From: Camelus ferus | Taxonomy: Eukaryota | Reading direction: 5' to 3' | NCBI RefSeq assembly: GCF_009834535.1 | Contig: NC_045696.1 | Span: 62,188,001 to 62,252,000, forward strand | DNA: 64,000 nucleotides | Part shown: positions 60,961-64,000 of the stretch, piece after piece | Layout of the letters: each line of letters opens with the position of its first letter | Position numbering within the stretch: position 1 is the stretch's first letter | Position numbers and translations under genes: made by a program | The notes under the pieces: generated by a model | Told to the model about the DNA's origin: nothing | The model's database searches: none | Seen by the model: the letters and a program-made list of their open reading frames with translations, nothing else

Positions 60961-63900
60961 ATCTGTCACCAAAGGGCCCTGGGACTTCCTCAGGGTGGGA
61001 CTTTACAGCTGTGAGGCCTCCAGTGCTCTTCAACTCAGGACTTGTGTGGAACGGAACTGGTACCTCCTGCTGCTGCGCAGGCAGTGGGGAGTGGTCACCG
61101 CCCCAAGGGCAGGCAGAACTTTCCTTTTGCCCCTTAGTCCTCTCTCTGTGTAGGTCTTCATAACAGTGCCCATCCTTCGTCCGGGTCCTTGAGAGGGTAA
61201 CTGTGCCCTTTCATGTTAAATGCTGGCTCTACGGCTCTGTTTTTCAGATCTGGGAATGACTAGCAGGGGTGGGAGAGCTTTCCCTAGCACAGTGGCCAGA
61301 ACTGAGGACCATTCCATTCCCAGTCTCTAGAATGTAGCTCTCAAGCCTGATGCCTGCTCTGGGATGGGGAGGAAGGGCCCTCAGTGAGGACATTCTGGGG
61401 CAGCTGACCTGAACCCACCATGGGGAAAAATGTCCATCAGAGTCCTGACCCATGCAAACCCACTGTTTTGTGTCTGAGCAGCTCCTTAGAACTCCACTTT
61501 GGTGACCTCCAACTCACTCCTGATTTGACATAAATCTCATTATTGTCTTAGAAATCTCCTTCTTAGCTCCTTTTCTTTGTTACCAAGATTTCATTAGGGA
61601 TCTCATCAAACATGACTCTGGCTCCCATGTGGAGAAGGGGAGCAAGCCCCAGGCCCCACTTCTAGGACTTCAGACACAGTCTCGTCACCCTCCATGTCTT
61701 TCTTTGATTGGAACTAGAGGACACCCAGGCTTGGGCTCTCAGTGGCCAGCCCTTTTTGGCAGTCTCCAGAGCCATGGAAGGGGCAAGTCACCAGAGAACA
61801 AGCCCCGGGGGTTGCTGGGTGCTCACGTTATACTGATACACAAAATGAGCCTTTTCAAGAGCCAAGTTCAAACTTCCTTGCTTGTATTTTTCCGTAGTGG
61901 GAGAGACAGCCTGCCAGCAGCCCCTGAGAACTTTGCTCCCTGCCCCCCATGCCTGGCATCAAGGGCATCTTTTCCCTCCTGACCACGTCTCTGACTGAGC
62001 TGGGAATAGACACAACTGCAGTTTCATTCCTGCAGCCAGGTTTTTTTTTCCCCCCATAAAATGGCCATGTCCCTTTAAGTCCCTGCCGGTCTCCTCTCTT
62101 GGATCCGCTGTAGGTTAAATAAATCAACTGACCAGACTTTTCTCACTGGGGGTTCTGGGCTGGAAATTCCTCCTACTTGTGTTCAGAACAAAGAGCAGTT
62201 AAGAAGGGATTAACTTTTCCCTCTGTTGGTTTCTCCCTTCTTTCTCAGAATAATTCCCTTTCTAACTCAGGGATTTGGGTTCCTCTTGGAGTCATGCTTC
62301 TTTCCTGGCTCTTTATTGACTGTCTGTAGAGCTGCAGAAAGTTTCCCGGCTGCTTTGGTCTTCCCTGCACCCGAAGTGGGGGCAAGTGTCTCTCTGCATG
62401 GATTTCACAGCATGGCTTCTTGCACCCCTGACTCTTGGATTCATCCCTTTCTCTCTGGGACTGGCCCTCTGAAATCCCAAATAACATTCTATTGATAATG
62501 TTATTTCCCAAAGCAGTCTTCTCTTCTGGGAAAAGAATATGTTCCTCAACTTATACATATATTCTGGTTCTCATTAAAATCCGAAAGCAAAGGGTGGCAG
62601 AGAGCATCGTTTGGGAGTTAAGATTTCTGGGTTCTCATCCTACCTCTGACATTATTAACTAGTGTGTGATCTTGAGAAAGTCATTTCTCTTGGCTGAGTC
62701 TTACAGTCTCCTCTGTAACATAAGAGGTTCCTTCTAGTGCTAATGTTCTCATGTTTATATTAAATAGTCTTGCAATCCTCATGACACTTGATCATCATAA
62801 ATATGCACAGATGAAGACTTAACCTGGTGACCAAGGTGATTATAACAATGAGCAGGATCCTGAAGCACCTGTCCTCAGCAGCCAGTTACCCGAGTCTAGA
62901 TCTTGCTCTATCTGTGCCCTTTATGGGAAAGGATCTAACAGATTAATGGAGCCCAGTGATAACTTGGACCAGACTCAGAATCAGACCAGAGGCCTGTTAT
63001 CCCAGGGTCTATGCTGTTCCATTTTTATTCCCAAAAGTGGCCCTGGGTTTTTCTGTGGTCTCATGCTAAATAGAGGTCTGAACTAGAATCAGCTTGTGCC
63101 TGGGATACAGTCAGGGTGGGGTGGGGGCAGGGCTCAAGACAGACCACCATAGGCCTCTTTCAGTTCTGTTAGGGCTCTGCAGACTGAGGTACTGCTCCCA
63201 GCAGCCCTGGGACTGTTCCACATCAGGCTCACTTTTCCCTGCCCCCAGCATGGCCTAAAAGGCAGGTTGGGCCGTGCTGGGAACGAGTGATGTTTGCACT
63301 CAGCCACAGTATCACTCAGCAGCCACGTGTCACTGACTTCAGCTTTCTAAAAACCTGGAAAGAAATCTGCTCTTCAAACAAATGTGAAATATTTGCAAGT
63401 TTTCAAAAAGGAGCTGGGTCTGTTTTCCAGAGGAGAAAAAAAGGGAGCTGTAAATGTGGTAATTAGAAACAGACATTTCTTCCATTCTTTTAAAGCAACA
63501 AAGAAGTTATAAGGCTTGCAGATCAGACCTATCAGACCTCTCTGTGAGAAGGACACTTTGGAGACACATGAAGTTGGCAAACAAATTCAGGAAAGCAGGC
63601 TCTGCCTCAGCAGGGAAGCTGCAGACCTGCAGCAGCCAAGATGTCTTTTCTGGAGCATGGTTGTGCCCAGTAAACACAGTTGCCTACAGGATTGGCCCAG
63701 GGCGCATGTTTTGGGGATGGGTAGGAAGGGTGGATGTGACGGAGGAGGAAAACAGCCTTGAGATGGACGCTTCAGGTTGTCATGGAATTCTCAAGAAGAA
63801 GATGCCACAGTCTTCTGTTGTCCCTATGTCGGTGTGAGAAGGTTGTGTCCTGGGTCTAATCTCAGTTGTCCCCACTCCCCAGTACTGCTGTCAGACTGTT

Positions 63901-64000
63901 CACTTTCATCTAGGCTCCCTCAATGGAGAGAATGAAGAGTGAATCATGACTGCCTCCCACAGTCACACAGCCCTGGCTCTACTAGAAATATGCCAAATGG

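Noticed and set aside
1..64000. The ~200 short ORFs as protein-coding genes
   Set aside because: None matches a cellular protein I recognise. Many start at non-ATG codons, overlap on both strands or lie in repeats, as expected for non-coding mammalian DNA.
1..64000. CRISPR arrays, operons or other prokaryotic/viral systems
   Set aside because: Eukaryotic repeat landscape, with no regularly spaced direct repeats and no retroviral internal (gag/pol/env) sequence recognised.

Overview
Mammalian genomic DNA, probably from a camelid: there is a tRNA-Ala-derived SINE of the vic-1 type and a young L1 with an artiodactyl-type 3' end, and I saw no ruminant, pig or primate SINEs. The window looks intronic or intergenic and is repeat-rich (L1MB/MD/ME, L2, MIR, CR1/L3, MaLR/ERVL/Gypsy-type solo LTRs, hAT DNA transposon relics, several nested). 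I can support no protein-coding gene; the listed ORFs are repeat-derived or chance ORFs. Main unexplained signals: (1) a ~260-275 bp inverted duplication (56416-56691 vs 57808-58065; 205/219 identical in the core, 1.1 kb spacer) whose second arm interrupts an L2; (2) a perfect palindromic estrogen response element at 31211-31225 in unique DNA; (3) a candidate minus-strand promoter near 15.1-15.7 kb, with clustered splice donors there and at 8.1-8.5 kb; (4) two well-bounded candidate plus-strand exons. Repeat family names are from recognition of consensus sequences by eye, and most old-repeat boundaries are approximate. I found no evidence of a new multi-gene system.
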